DNA from: Macrostomum hystrix
Taxonomy: Eukaryota > Animalia > Platyhelminthes
NCBI GenBank assembly: GCA_950097015.1
Contig: CATNEN010000007.1
Coordinates: 9,858,001 to 9,922,000, forward strand
DNA: 64,000 nucleotides
Direction of reading: 5' to 3'
Shown here: positions 36,313-49,387 of the stretch, piece by piece
Numbering within the stretch: position 1 is the first letter of the stretch
How the letters are laid out: each line of letters opens with the position of its first letter
Notes under the pieces: model-generated
Databases searched by the model: none
What the model was told of the DNA's origin: nothing
The model's input: the letters and a program-made list of their open reading frames with translations, nothing else
Translations under genes and position numbers: made by a program

Positions 36313-37904
36313 CGGATTCGAATTCGCGCTAAATTTACATTTTTTCTCGAACGACTAAAACCACAAATATTGGTTGTCAATGGTAACGCTTAGAATGGCA
36401 CGAATTCTAATTTCTTATTTACTAATTAGACGCGTGTCTGAATATTTTCAATTTTCTATTTTTTATGCTACTTTAAGTAGGCAGCTGTTTTAGTGCTATT
36501 CGTTGTGCTCACGCCGGCTAGCCTGGTGCTGCTCCTCATTCTCGCACTGTCGCACTGCACCCGAGCTCGGCACCGTGGCACACCTAGTCCTCAGCTGTGA
36601 AGCTCTGATCTCTGCCGACTTCTCTGGCCAATATTTATTCAATTGAATTCATTAAAGGTGCTCGCCACTCACTGCTCAGCGCAACATTTTTGCCGTTTGC
36701 TTATTTACAATTCATTTTTCTAGGCACTTTTTGTTATGCATTTTGTCCTTAGCTAACATAAAACGTAAGGTTGTTCGTGTTTTTGTACATACATGTTGAC
36801 CTGCGCATGCGAGAGGTCTACAATACAGTCGGTGCGCTGGTCTTGCAATTACTTTCACTGCCGCTGCTTTGCATGATGTCAAGGAAAATACTTGCTGTGA
36901 ATCATAGTTTTTGGATTGTTATTTGCTTCGCAAACGTCAGTCACGTGATAGACTGGGTAACCTTACAAACTGAAAGAAAATTCACAATGTGATGGGCTGG
37001 CACACTGTACACCACAGCAAGCTGGGGAGAATTGGTGGATCATCAGTCACGTGATCTACTGGGACACTGTACACCACAGCAAGCAAGGGAGGATTGCGGG
37101 GATCACCAGTCACGTGATCTACTGATGCTCTGTTCGTCACAACCAGCTGGGATTGGGAAAGAACGACCGTCAGTTGATATGCTGTCACAAAATGTGTCTT
37201 GCATGTTTGGAGAAAGGTTTTCTGTCACGTGACTGGTCATGCTGGGCATCGGCCACTGGAGCGCGGACTCCACGGGAAATCCATATTGATAAGCAGTTGG
37301 ATAGCTGAGGCTGCTGTAATGTGCAGTTTATAAAAATGTCTGTCGATAAACTCTGCAGCAGCGGCCCAACGCCGTATCGAGCGGCTCGGCTCTCGGAGAC
37401 CCGGCGGGGCCAGCCACTAACGAGGTTGGGGCTGCTGGCCGTCCACTGTCGTCTCACTGCGATAGTCAGCAGCAGCTGGGGATGTGAGCTGAAGAGGCTC
37501 AGGCACTTTGGAGTAATTGGTTTGGATTCAGTCCTCTCGCTCTCGCATTCTGAGCATTTTTCACACTCCCAGTTTGACAGGCCCAGCTGCCCTACCCGCA
37601 GATCCCACCTGCAGAGTCCCCTGCGGTGAAGCCTCCAATCGCAAAATTGATTACGCGAAGAGGCAGGGGTTGAAACAATGCGGACCCAGCTGCTCTGCAG
37701 TCTGCATTGCCGGATATGGAGATAAGGGCTGTCGATGTGCCAGAACCTCTTCACGCTGCTCCGTATCGGTTCGAGATGTACACCCTCGAGTATTTTCTTT
37801 GGAAAGCCGCAGAAAAACTTGCACTAAGTACGGACTTCCTGGTTAACACGCAAGATTTGATTTATGAACCTAGTACAAGCCACGAGTAATTGGAGATTCT
37901 CAAA

Positions 37905-39545
37905 AGAGCGATCCCATTGTTCTGAAGAGAGTGATCCTGTTTTCCTTCTGAGAGTGATCCTATTGTTCTCGTGGAAGTGATCCCATTGTCCTCGTGAGAA
38001 TGATCCCATTGTCCTCATGAGAGTGATCCTATTGTTCTCATGAGAGTGATCCTATATTGTTCTCGTGAGTGTGATCCTATTGTTCTTGTGAGAGTGATCC
38101 TATTGTTCTCGTGAGTGTGATCCTATTGTCCTCATGAGAGTGATCCTATATTGTTCTCGTGAGTGTGATCCTATTGTTCTTGTGAGAGTGATCCTATTGT
38201 TCTTGTGAGAGTGATCCTATTGTTCTCGTGAGAGTGATCCTATTGTTCTTGTGAGAGTGATCTTACTGTCCTCGTGAGAGTTATCCCTTTGTCCTCATAA
38301 GAGTGATCCTATATTGTTCTCGTGAGTGTGATCCTATTGTTCTTGTGAGTGTGATCCTATTGTTCTCGTGAGTGTGATCCTATTGTTCTTGTGAGAGTGA
38401 TCCTATTGTTCTCGTGAGTGTGATCCTATTGTTCTTGTGAGTGTGATCCTATTGTTCTCGTGAGTGTGATCCTATTGTTCTTGTGAGAGTGATCCTATTG
38501 TTCTTGTGAGAGTGATCTTATTGTTCTTGTGAGAGTGATCCTATTGTTCTCATGAGAGTGATCCTATTGTTCTTGTGAGAGTGATCCTATTGTTCTCATG
38601 AGAGTGATCCTATTGTTCTCGTGAGTGTGATCCTATTGTTCTCGTGAGTGTGATCCTATTGTTCTTGTGAGAGTGATCTTATTGTTCTCGTGAGTGTGAT
38701 CCTATTGTTCTCGTGAGTGTGATCCTATTGTTCTTGTGAGAGTGATCTTATTGTTCTTGTGAGAGTGATCCTATTGTTCTCATGAGAGTGATCCTATTGT
38801 TCTTGTGAGAGTGATCCTATTGTTCTCATGAGAGTGATCCTATTGTTCTTGTGAGAGTGATCCTATTGTTCTCATGAGAGTGATCCTATTGTTCTTGTGA
38901 GAGTGATCCTATTGTTCTCATGAGAGTGATCCTATTGTTCTCATGAGAGTGATCCCATTGTCCTCATGAGAATGATCCTATTGTCCTCATGAGAGTGATA
39001 CTATATTGTTCTCGTGGAAGTGATCCCATTGTCCTCGTGAGAATGATCCCATTGTCCTCATGAGAGTGATCCTATTGTTCTCATGAGAGTGATCCTATAT
39101 TGTCCTCGTGAGAGTGATCTTATTGTTCTCGTGAGAGTGATCTTATTGTTCTCGTGAGAGTGATCCTATTTTCCCCATGAGAGTGATCCTATTGTCCTCG
39201 TGAGAGTGATCCTATTGTTCTCATGAGAGTGATCCTATTGTTCTCATGAGAGTGATCCTATTGTTCTCGTGAGAGTGATCCTATTGTTCTCGTGAGAGTG
39301 ATCTTACTGTCCTCGTGAGATTGATCCCATTGTCCTCATGAGAGTGATCCTATTGTTCTCATGAGAGTGATCCTATTGTTCTCGTGAGAGTGATCCTATT
39401 GTTCTCGTGAGAGTGATCTTACTGTCCTCGTGAGATTGATCCCATTGTCCTCATGAGAATGATCCTATTGTCCTCATGAGAGTGATCCCATTGTCCTCGT
39501 GAGAGTGATCCCATTGTCCTCGTGAGAGTGATCCCATTGTAATCG
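37905..39545. repeat. 23-bp minisatellite (GAGAGTGATCCTATTGTTCTCGT)n
   Basis: Direct tandem repeat. Confidence 0.95.
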
Positions 39546-40878
39546 TGAAAGCGATTCTATAGCTTTGCTATGTGATTCCCATTGTAGTGATTATTCTTCC
39601 TTTCATAAGCAAGGATTCTTCAAGTGAGCTCAGCTGCTCAAGTGCCTCTCAGCCAATCCTGGCCTCTCTGCTGCAGCAGCCAACTGTCGCCCTCGATTCC
39701 TATAGCTTCAAATCCTCCCTAAATTCTCTGCTTGGGAGAAATTCCCGTGACAAGCCCTATGCCACATCACCGCTCACTAATCGGACTTGGTCGCAGTACA
39801 TTTCTCTCCTACAGGTGAGTCTGTTTCGTGTTGCTGTAAGCGGACAGCTCAGTGGCTGTTTCGGAGGAGAAAATGAGGCTCAAATTGTCATTCATCATCC
39901 GTTGATCCATTCTCACCGAGTCAGTCTTGAATCAGCTCCTGCAGAACAGTGTGCCATTATTGGCAGCTGGGGTATTTGCTCCTGGTTCCGTGTCTCTCCA
40001 ATCGATCCAGCTCCATCCGCATCAGAAGCCAAACAGACACGACAGCCGTTGACACGGCAGGAGCAGCCGAGGAGGGACAAAGCCGGGCCGAAACTCCTTC
40101 CTTCCGGTGTCGGGGGTGAGGTCGGGGCAGCAGTGATTTGAGCCGGGAACAGATCCCTTGCGGCGGTGTCCCAGGATATCAGAAGCCGGGGCTCGATATG
40201 CCCAGAAATCCGGCAGCGGCTCCAGGCTGTAGCCCCCCCCCCCGAGAGCATTCAGCGCCGCAAATGACCGAGCCGCTTGCCCTGCGCGACTCGAATTCCC
40301 GAGCGGAGCACAGAGCGCACAATTACGACCCAGCAGCGGACGATTTGCTCAGCTGCGGCCTCGGTTGTCCCCGGTCGACTGTGTAATCAAATGTCCCCGA
40401 ATAGCTTTTCTGCATTTTTAATTCGGCTGAGGGTAGCCCTCACGCACTGTCTGCTCATGCGTGTGCTCCGTCGGTTTTTGAGAACCCAAAACAGCTTGGC
40501 TCGGTTTATAGCAGAGCACATTAAAACAGGATCGGAGGAATGTTTGGAACTGAGACTGGCTGGTTGCTGGGAAGAATTTGCCTCTTATCAGTCCTATTAC
40601 CCTCCAATGAGCTTCTCATGTTTGACAGCTGATTGAGCTCAAATAATTGTAAATGCTTAGAATGCACATGCGATACGAAACTATTCACACATAGAAAGGC
40701 AGCGAATTCATTCATCGGAAAATTTGAGACTGCGCGTTTTTTATGACTAATCTCCGGCAATTCTATGGACTATTTGGGTACACTGGTTCTGACACCAGAC
40801 TCACCGGCCATGACACCAGACTCACCACCCCTGGCACCAGACTCACCGGGTCTAATCCCAAATCCTTGTAGACACGCC

Positions 40879-41280
40879 ATGAGCCTTCGCGATCTGTTCA
40901 ATGCCTTCGACACGGACGGTAACGGCACCCTGGACCGGGCGGAGTTCGGCGCCCTGCTCCGCGCGTTCAGCACCGACCTGGACGAGGCCAGCGTCCTGGC
41001 CATCATGGCTGAGGTCGACCGCGACCGCAACGGCTGCGTGGACTTTGCCGAGTTCGAGACGGTAGCCGCCAAGCACATCGGAGGCGAGCTGCCCGACCTT
41101 CGCTACCTCGCCGACTTTCGCGCCCTCGACGCCGACCAGAACGGCCTGCTGAGCCGGTCGGAGGCCGCTGAGCTGGCCTCGCGCCTCGGCCACGCGGTGG
41201 ACCCGGGCCGGCTGGCCGAGGCAGACAAGAACGGGGACGGAAACCTCAACTACCCGGAGTTCGTGCAGCTCATGCAGTGA
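40879..41280 (+). CDS. Calmodulin-like 4-EF-hand calcium-binding protein (133 aa, single coding exon)
   Basis: EF loops DTDGNGTLDRAE, DRDRNGCVDFAE, DADQNGLLSRSE and DKNGDGNLNYPE; ATG in GCCATG context just after an acceptor-like CCTTGTAG. Confidence 0.9.
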   Translation: MSLRDLFNAFDTDGNGTLDRAEFGALLRAFSTDLDEASVLAIMAEVDRDRNGCVDFAEFETVAAKHIGGELPDLRYLADFRALDADQNGLLSRSEAAELASRLGHAVDPGRLAEADKNGDGNLNYPEFVQLMQ

Positions 41281-41989
41281 CGCGCGGCAGGGATTCCAGC
41301 TTAGCGGGACTGCTAGCAGAGTGGCCCTAAAGCTATGACTTCAATTGTGTGACTCAACGCTTAAAGCGCATTGCTAATCTTGAATAGCTATTTCAAGAGC
41401 AAATAGGATTAAACGACTTGAAAGCCAGAAATTATGATCCTAAATCAGCAGCATTCACCCAATCCTCCGCAGCACCGCTTCTCCCTTTTTTCTCCTTTTC
41501 CTCGCAACGCGCGCACAATGCCCCCCATCAACATTAGTTCGCAGCTGACTCATAAATCTCATAGTACTCGTTTTTTTGAGAGAATTCTTTCCAGCACACT
41601 TCAGTTAGCTTAAATATATAGCTTTTCTGCCTCCGTTCCTTATTTAATTTATTGTTTTCAACTGATCGGCACTGTGAGAACTCAACCCTAAAGCGCTCCC
41701 GTTGAGCTCATTTTGAGTGGCTTATTGAATCAGACGTTCGCGTGGGTAATGCGCTAATTCCATGCACACCTGAAGCGTTCCTTGCTAGAAAGTTGCTTTG
41801 ACGTCTATGAGTTGAACAAATCACTCGGTGGAACGGACTGGAAAGTTTTTGAGTCTGTGTGCCAGCTGCTGCAGCGTCTTCTGTTTTCCCTGCTACTCTC
41901 AGCGCCGACGAAGCTGCTTCTGTGGTTGCTTGTTCCGCTTCCGCTGAGAGCTTCGCTACATCTGCTGCTACCTTTACTGCTTGCGCCGG

Positions 41990-42230
41990 TGCTTCTGCTG
42001 GCGCTTCTGCTGTTGCATTTTCTGTTGCAACTGCTGTTGTTTCTGCTGGTGCTTTTGCTGGTGCTTCTACTGGCGCTTCTGCTGTTGCATTTTCTGTTGC
42101 AACTGCTGTTGTTTCTGCTGGTGCTTTTGCTGGTGCTTCTACTGGCGCTTCTGCTGTTGCATTTTCTGTTGCAACTGTTGTTGTTTCTGCTGGTGCTTCC
42201 GCTGGTGCTTCTACTGGCGCTTCTGCTGCT
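41990..42230. repeat. 72-bp tandem repeat (~3 copies), possibly exonic
   Basis: Open in two minus-strand frames (AEAPVEAPAKAPAETTAVATENAT and SRSASRSTSKSTSRNNSSCNRKCN). Confidence 0.85.
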
Positions 42231-42454
42231 TTCGCTGCTGCAGCTGCTTCGAGTGCAGCTTTCACTGCCGTTCAGCTGGTCATCTGACTCATCCGTCTGC
42301 AGCATCAAGCCGTCTGCGTAAGAGGCGGTGGCCACCTCCTGACTGACCAAGCTGCCACTGCTGCCGCCGACACCACCGATGTCAACGAAATGCGGGTTTT
42401 TTAAGGAGATTACTAGCGGATACCTGCTGAACTCCTGGCCGGGACTCTGGGATT

Positions 42455-42897
42455 TTGGATTCTGTTGTAATCGCTGGTTGGGATTCTGCGGAATCGGTGG
42501 TTGGGATTCTGAGAAATCGGTGGTTGGGATTCTGTGGAATCGGTGGTTGGGATTCTGCGGAATCGGTGGTTGGGATTCTGTGGAATCGTTGGTTGGGATT
42601 CTGCGGAATCGGTGGTTGGGATTCTGAGAAATCGGTGGTTGGGATTCTGTGGAATCGGTGGTTGGGATTCTGCGGAATCGGTGGTTGGGATTCTGCGGAA
42701 TCTGTGGTTGGGATTCTGTGGAATCGGTGGTTGGGATTCTGCGGAATCTGTGGTTGGGATTCTGAGAAATCGGTGGTTGGGATTCTGTGGAATCGTTGGT
42801 TGGGATTCTGCGGAATCGGTGGTTGGGATTCTGTGGAATCGGTGGTTGGGATTCTGTGGAATCAGTGGTTGGGATTCTGTGGAATATGTGGATTCTG
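42455..42897. repeat. 23-bp minisatellite (GGTGGTTGGGATTCTGTGGAATC)n
   Basis: Direct tandem repeat. Confidence 0.95.
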
Positions 42898-43166
42898 ACG
42901 AATCTTATTAAAAAGGCTGTTCGAGTCTCACCAGTCGGTGCGCGTGTTCCAGTCGGGCATGCAGTTGCTGCAGGTGTACCAGGTGCCGGCGTCGGCACTG
43001 AAATCGTTAATAATTAATCTAAGCTAATCTAATCTAAGTACAAAATAGCTGGCTGCTGAGGTAGCGGCATGCAGTCATCGCTGAGCCGATTGCATATGGA
43101 GTAACGCACCTGGCACATTTCTAAGTTTTCATTTGTTTGTCTCGCTATAATGAACGTTTTAATGAG

Positions 43167-43622
43167 CCCCTCCCTGGACTTTCCTCTGGCTCCCAAAGGC
43201 TCCTGTGTCATAAGAATCCCTGGTACACAACCTTGGCTTGTAGGCCCTCCCTGGACTTTCATATGGCTCCCAAAGGCTCCTGTGTCATAAGAATCCCTGG
43301 TACACAACCTTGGCTTGTAGGCCCTCCCTGGACTTTCATATGGCTCCCAAAGGCTCATGTGTCATAAGAATCCCTGGTACACAACCTTGGCTTGTTGGCC
43401 CTCCCTGGACTTTCCTCTGGCTCCCAAAGGCTCCTGTGTCATAAGAATCCCTGGTACACAACCTTGGCTTGTTGGCCCTCCCTGGACTTTCCTCTGGCTC
43501 CCAAAGGCTCCTGTGTCATAAGAATCCCTGGTACACAACCTTGGCTTGTTGGCCCTCCCTGGACTTTCCTCTGGCTCCCAAAGGCTCCTGTGTCATAAGA
43601 ATCCCTGGTACACAACCTTGGC
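43167..43622. repeat. 77-bp minisatellite (~6 copies)
   Basis: GGCCCTCCCTGGACTTTC...CACAACCTTGGCTTG repeated with a 77-bp period. Confidence 0.95.
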
Positions 43623-43711
43623 TTCAACTGAGCACAACCTTGGCTTTGTCTGGGTTGTGTGCCACACAAACAATAAACAATGACTGAATAACAGAAGATC
43701 GGCAGCTGAAT

Positions 43712-46167
43712 TCACCTGTTCAGCATCTGCCGGCTGCCGTCACTGCAGTTCATGCCGACAATCCGGCGCCTGGGTCGGCGACGTCGAATCAGACGCTTCC
43801 GTTGCCGGATTTGCCGCTTCAGAAGCTTTCGGCGCAGCCGGGTCGGGCGCTCAGATTCCTCGATTCGCTCGAAGTCGAGGCTCATGTCGATGTGCCCGCT
43901 GCACATCGGCCTGCCGAACTGGTCGATGATGTACTCCCAGCCCAGCAGGCACCCGCACAGGCTGCACATGAAGCATTCCGGGTGGCGCAGCGTCGTATGG
44001 CAGCGGTCCGTCAGCTGAATGGCCTCGCCAATGAGCTGGCAGCCGCAGACGGCGCAGAAGGCAGCCTGTGGATGATGCGCCGGGCACAGCGGCTGTTTAT
44101 TCTCGTCCAGGACCAGGCCGGGCTCGAATCTGAGCACGGTGCCGCAGGAGGGCACGCTGCAGAACAGGTGGTGCGGGTGAAATGCCCGGCCGTTCAACTC
44201 CACCTGCGGTGTCATTTGAGAGGCCGAGTTCAGGCAAAAACCTTCTTAAACAGTCTGCTAAGACTTTAGCATCTTGAAAACATTAATTTCATGAGTGCGC
44301 CGAATCTTCAATACCACATTATTTTCACATTCTCAGGCTTTGACTAATGCAAAGATTTTCACTAGCTCCCACCAATTCCCTTCATTTGCACAAACTCTTC
44401 AACGCTCAGGCTCAGTCACGAATGACTCACAGACAGGAAAACCGCCCAGATTTTTCAACCATGCGACTCATTTACAGTACAATAGATTTCTGCTCAAACT
44501 TGTGAAAGGCGTCTCAACTGAGTCGCGTGCTAGTTGAGCTGAAAGAAGGCTGAGCAGCACTTTCGTCTGAAAACATACGTGCTCCAAATAGCCCTGGTGG
44601 CGCCGCTGCTGCTGCTCACTCAGAAATTCATAAGCAGTATAGTGAACACAGGTAGTGATTGGCACTAGACCAGAGCAGAATTTACATTTTCGACATGCTG
44701 GGCGGTTTCAGGGCTCCAGCTCAATCCTAAATTGCCTGGTCCCCAGCCCGGAACAAGAAGACGCGGGACTGCCTGCGCGGTCAGGAATGTCGGTGGCTAC
44801 AGAGCTGGCAGCTCGTGCAGAGAAAGGGAGTCGGGTGCAGGAAACCGAGCCATTAACTGCGTTTTTTGATTTGTCAACTAAATCTCAAATTATGATGAGT
44901 TTCTGAATTTCACACTCCGACTCACAGTTCCACCCTCCCATAGACCACGCCATCCCACAGTCCCCGCCTTTCCACAGCCACAGTCCCCGCCCTTCCACAG
45001 TCCCCGCCCTCCCACAGTCCCCGCCTTTCCACAGTCCGCGCCCTCTACAGTCCCCGCCCTCCCACAGTCCCCGCCCTCCCACAGTCCCCGCCTTTCCACA
45101 GTCCCCGCCCTCCCACAGTCCCCGCCCTCCCACAGTCCCCGCCCTCCCACAGTCCCCGCCTTTCCACAGTCCCCGCCCTCCCACAGTCCCCGCCCTCCCA
45201 CAGTCCCCGCCCTCCTACAGTCCCCGCCCTCCCACAGTCCCCGCCCTCCCACAGTCCCCGCCTTTCCACAGTCCCCGCCTTTCCACAGTCCCCGCCTTTC
45301 CACAGTCCCCGCCTTTCCACAGTCCCCGCCTTTCCACAGTCCCCGCCCTCCCACAGTCCCCGCCTTTCCACAGTCCCCGCCCTCCCACAGTCCCCGCCCT
45401 CCCACAGTCCCCGCCCTCCCACAGTCCCCGCCCTCCCACAGTCCCCGCCATCCCACAGTCCCCGCCCTCCCACAGTCCCCGCCCTCCCACAGTCCCCGCC
45501 TTTCCACAGTCCCCGCCTTTCCACAGTCCCCGCCTTTCCACAGTCCCCGCCTTTCCACAGTCCCCGCCTTTCCACAGTCCCCGCCTTTCCACAGTCCCCG
45601 CCTTTCAACAGTCCCCGCCCTTCCACAGTCCCCGCCCTCCCACAGTCCCCGCCCTCCCACAATTCCGACGATCCCACAGTTTCCGCCATCCCACAGTTCC
45701 GCCCTCTGACAGTTCCGCCATCCCACAGTCCCGCCATCCCACAGTCCCCGCCATCCCACAGTTTCGCCGTCCAACAGTCCCCTGGATATGTGCTCAAAGC
45801 TCACCCAGCTCTTTCCGTTGTCGATGGGGCTGCCGCAGTAGGCGCACATGGTCAGCAGGCGGAAGCAGTGCTGGCAGCAGATCCGGTTGCCGATTCGGAA
45901 GACGCGCATGCCAAGCATCATAACGCAGCATGTGCAACACCGGAAGCACTCGATGTGACATGCCATGAGGTCGGTGCGGATGAACTGGTCACCGGTTATC
46001 ACTTCCTTGCAGAAGTTACAGCGGCTGCCGCCGTTAACACTCGAACCCAAGCCGACAGAGGGTCCTATGGCCCAAACTGACCCAGGCTGCGGTGAATTCA
46101 TTATAAAATGCTGCTGCTGCTGAGGCGGCATAGCCACGAGTTGGGACGTTTGCTGCCCATCAAGCAT
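43712..46167 (-). CDS. LIM-domain protein with three LIM domains (exons 46167-45805 and 44203-43716/43712; further 3' exons possible)
   Basis: CNFC..HIECFRCCTC..CCQHC; CAYC..W|VELNGRAFHPHHLFCSVPSC..LCPAH (split by a phase-0 GT-AG intron); CAVC..HPECFMCSLC..MCSGH. Confidence 0.8.
44950..45770. repeat. 17-bp GC-rich intronic minisatellite (CAGTCCCCGCCCTCCCA)n
   Basis: Direct tandem repeat just downstream of the LIM exon-1 donor. Confidence 0.95.
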
Positions 46168-46334
46168 ATTGCCGCATTACACTTATTTTTAACCCTTTGC
46201 TTTGCTCTATAAGCTTCAAGTACTTTAGTCTATGGCTCGAAGTTATTTTGGTAGCAGTCAGGAGGAAATGATGGGAGAAAAATTCCTTATTATGGTACCG
46301 TTATTCAGGCACGCATGTAGCAAAAGAGGGCTTT

Positions 46335-46775
46335 ACCACTGAGGGAGAGTTTCGAATAATTCTGAAGGAACTCTGAGTTGAGTGAAAGAACACTGTAGGA
46401 GAGTTTCGAATAATTCTGAAGGAACTCTGAGTTGAGTGAAAGAACACTGTAGGAGAGTTTCGAATAATTCTGAAGGAACTCTGAGTTGAGTGAAAGAACA
46501 CTGTAGGAGAGTTTCGAATAATTCTGAAGGAACTCTGAGGGAGAGTTTCGCGTAATCCTGAAGGAACACTGAGGGAGAGTTTCCACACTAGCCTGAAGGA
46601 ACACTGAAAGAGAGTTTTGCATTATTCTGAAGGAACACTGAGGGAGAGTTTCGCGTAATCCTGAAGGAACACTGAGGGAGAGTTTCCACACTAGCCTGAA
46701 GGAACACTGAAAGAGGGTTTTGCATTATCCTGAGGGAACACTGAGGGAGAGTTTCGCACAAGCCGGAAGGACCAG
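46335..46775. repeat. 54-bp / ~33-bp composite tandem repeat (GAGAGTTTC...CTGAAGGAAC)
   Basis: Direct tandem repeat. Confidence 0.85.
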
Positions 46776-47855
46776 TTAGACTGCTGGAAAGGCATGTTCA
46801 GATTCCTTTTGGCACCTGGGTAGTCTAAAGCAGCTTTTCCGCATATTTAATCGAACAACTCTTCTTATTGAACTTGATGATAAAAACCGCTCAACTTCCT
46901 GGCAAACAATCGATCCACTTCTCAACCTCCCAGGAAGACAGCCGAGGAGCCGACCAACATTGAATGTTAAATAACAGATATTTGCCTTCCAGTTAGCTAG
47001 TATGACTTCAGGCTGACAGAAGGAACTGAGAATGGAAAGCAACTGTTGATCAGTTCATTGCGGGACTGGCGGCACTTCAAACAATAATTATCGATGCACC
47101 ATCGATTCGCTCGGAGACGAGTTGTTGGAGCATCGAGAGGCTGAACCCGGCATGCGACGCTGGCAGCGTTGCTCTTCACTTCTCTAGAACTATTGAATAG
47201 ATATCTGCTAGGTCAGCACAAAATTAAGGCACCACACACTCAAGGAGGCGAGTTGCCTTGACCTGAGCATGTGGGGTCAATAGACTCGGCCTTAGCCCTC
47301 AGAGGATGTAGAGGATTTGCGGCGTTGAAAATTCCTAAAACTCTATTAGAGTAAACATATCACCTTCAATCATTTATCTTGAGCCCATGTTAAAGTAAGG
47401 GAATGTTTAATTGGCTAAAGAAGTTGAAGACCATAATTGAAGCAAGATGATTAATTATTCGTAAATTGGACTAACAAATAAAAAATCACATTCCTGAAGC
47501 CGCGAAAATTTCACAGGCTGTTTTTTGTCTTAGGCTTCAACTTCTACTTATATATTTTACATGGTGCACACTTCAGAACTAACTGCAAGCGCCACAAAAA
47601 GTTACTAAATCGCTAAAGGATCCACAAATACAGGCCAACCAGAGCTACATACGCAACTGGTTCTCACAATCTCACTCTTCAATAAGACAAGGCAAGCATT
47701 GAAATCATATGAAAAAAACTCTATCAGCCGTTAAAAACTAGCGATAGAAGCACAGAAGCACTTTAATTTCAGTTAGGATTCCTCCCATTGCGAAATACAC
47801 TACTAGCTGACAGTAGTATTAGCATAACTGAAATTCCTTTGTGTGTAAACAGTGA

Positions 47856-49387
47856 TCAGTGTTGCCTGTTGAGCAGTCGGTCAATGAGGCCATGCAGGGC
47901 TTCACTGGCGGGCACAGCGGGCAGCTGGCTGAGCTGCCAGTGCGCCTCGCGGCAGTGCAGCTGGGCCAGCATGCGGGTCTGACCGACGCCGTCAGCGCGG
48001 GCCACGCTGTCCAGGGCCAGCTGAAGGTCGCCCGGTCGGGAGAGCCGGCGGCCAACAGCTTCTCTGAGCTGCGGGCAGGTCTGCATGGCGAACAGTACCG
48101 GGCCAGTCAGGACACCGCGGCGCAGGTCGGCGGCACCAGCGGGTTTGCCCAGCTGACTGTCGGAGGCTTCAAAATCAAGGAGATCGTCTACCTGGGCATG
48201 GGAGAACAGTTTGGCAAAAGTTTTAATTGGTAAAAGTTTGAGAAAGGCAGGACATTGCTGAAGATTATGAGCAACTGCAAAAAATCAGCCTGGTAGGTGG
48301 TTGGTAAATAGAGAGTCTTCATCTGGACTCAAGAGTGGTGCATGAAATCATCACGAAGTTGGCCCCAGTAACTAATTTGCAATACCCCCCGAAAGGCTTG
48401 TCAGGCAACCCACCAGCTGAAATGCCATCCCAATGCTGCGGCCCAGCTCAAATGCAGCGGCCGCCATGGCCGGGCCGGAGGCCGGGGCGAGCACAGCGGC
48501 GCACTTTGCCGAGTGGGCCAGCAGGGCGGCGGTCTTGCGGTAGGTCCTGGCCAAGTAGCGGCCGAGGTCGCCAGTCTCGCCCAGCTGGTCCAGCTCGCCA
48601 CGCACCAGGTCGCTGATGGCGGTGGCCATGCCGCGGATGACGAGCGGGTGGCCGGTGCCGGCCAGCAGTTGGGAGGCCACGCCTATCATGTGATCACCGG
48701 CTAGGACGGCGTCCCGATGGCCGAAGCGGCTCTGCACAGAGGCGGCGCCGCGGCGCAGGTCGGAGCCGTCAATCAGGTCGTCGTGCACCAGTGATGCCGA
48801 GTGGATCATTTCTGTTACCATAGCGACTGTGCGCTGACGCTGACAGGCTGGCCGGCCGGCGTTGCACACGTGCGACACCAGGAGGACGAGCAGTGGCCGG
48901 ACTAGCTTGCCTGGAGCGTCCAAGTGATGCCGCATCATGAGGCCGAGTCGGTCAGGAACATTGGCCGGCGCGAGTCGGACGCGTATGTCGCTTGCTAATG
49001 CTGCGGTCTCGGCCTGAAGATCGGCTAGCAGGCGCTCGGACGCTGTAGCCGCCGTTGGGGGATTCGCAGAAGACGTGGATGCATCTCGCATTATGCTGAC
49101 TTGGGCGCGGCCTGGGATACCCGTGCAGAGGCGGCGGGCGCAGTTAGCACAGATGCCAAGCCTGTAGAAATGAGCAATAGAAGCGACACGCATAATATAA
49201 AAAGAAGGCGACAACATTTCTAAATCCAGATTAATGTTTTCGCAACACGGACAGTCAGTGTAATTGAAGCTTGACCTCACGTTTGGTCGGAATAGCGTAT
49301 ATGTCTAAGCATCATTTTACCCGTTTAAAAAAAGTTACACTATATCTCAAGTAGGACTTAGGAGCTATTCACTCACCTTGAGTACAT
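47856..49387 (-). CDS. PDSS1: Trans-prenyl (decaprenyl) diphosphate synthase subunit 1; exons 49387-49377, 49161-48414, 48191-47856
   Basis: GKLVRP, EMIHSASLVHDDLIDGSDLRRG (FARM), KTAALL, GMAFQL|VDDLLDF (SARM), LGKP. An 11-nt first coding exon gives MYSRLGICANCARRLC, a mitochondrial-presequence-like start. Confidence 0.88.
48285..48354 (-). ncRNA. C/D box snoRNA, copy 1 (18S guide CATGCACCAC; SNORD32/snR40-like target)
   Basis: Box C GTGATGA, C'-like ATGAAGA, box D CTGA; lies in the last PDSS1 intron; guide complementary to conserved 18S GUGGUGCAUG. Confidence 0.8.
49255..49315 (-). ncRNA. C/D box snoRNA with a SNORD54-like guide (ATATACGCTATT)
   Basis: C-like ATGATGC; guide ATATACGCTATT followed by D'-like CCGA (complement of conserved 18S AAUAGCGUAUAU); C'-like GTGAGGT; D box CTGA; intronic. 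Confidence 0.7.
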
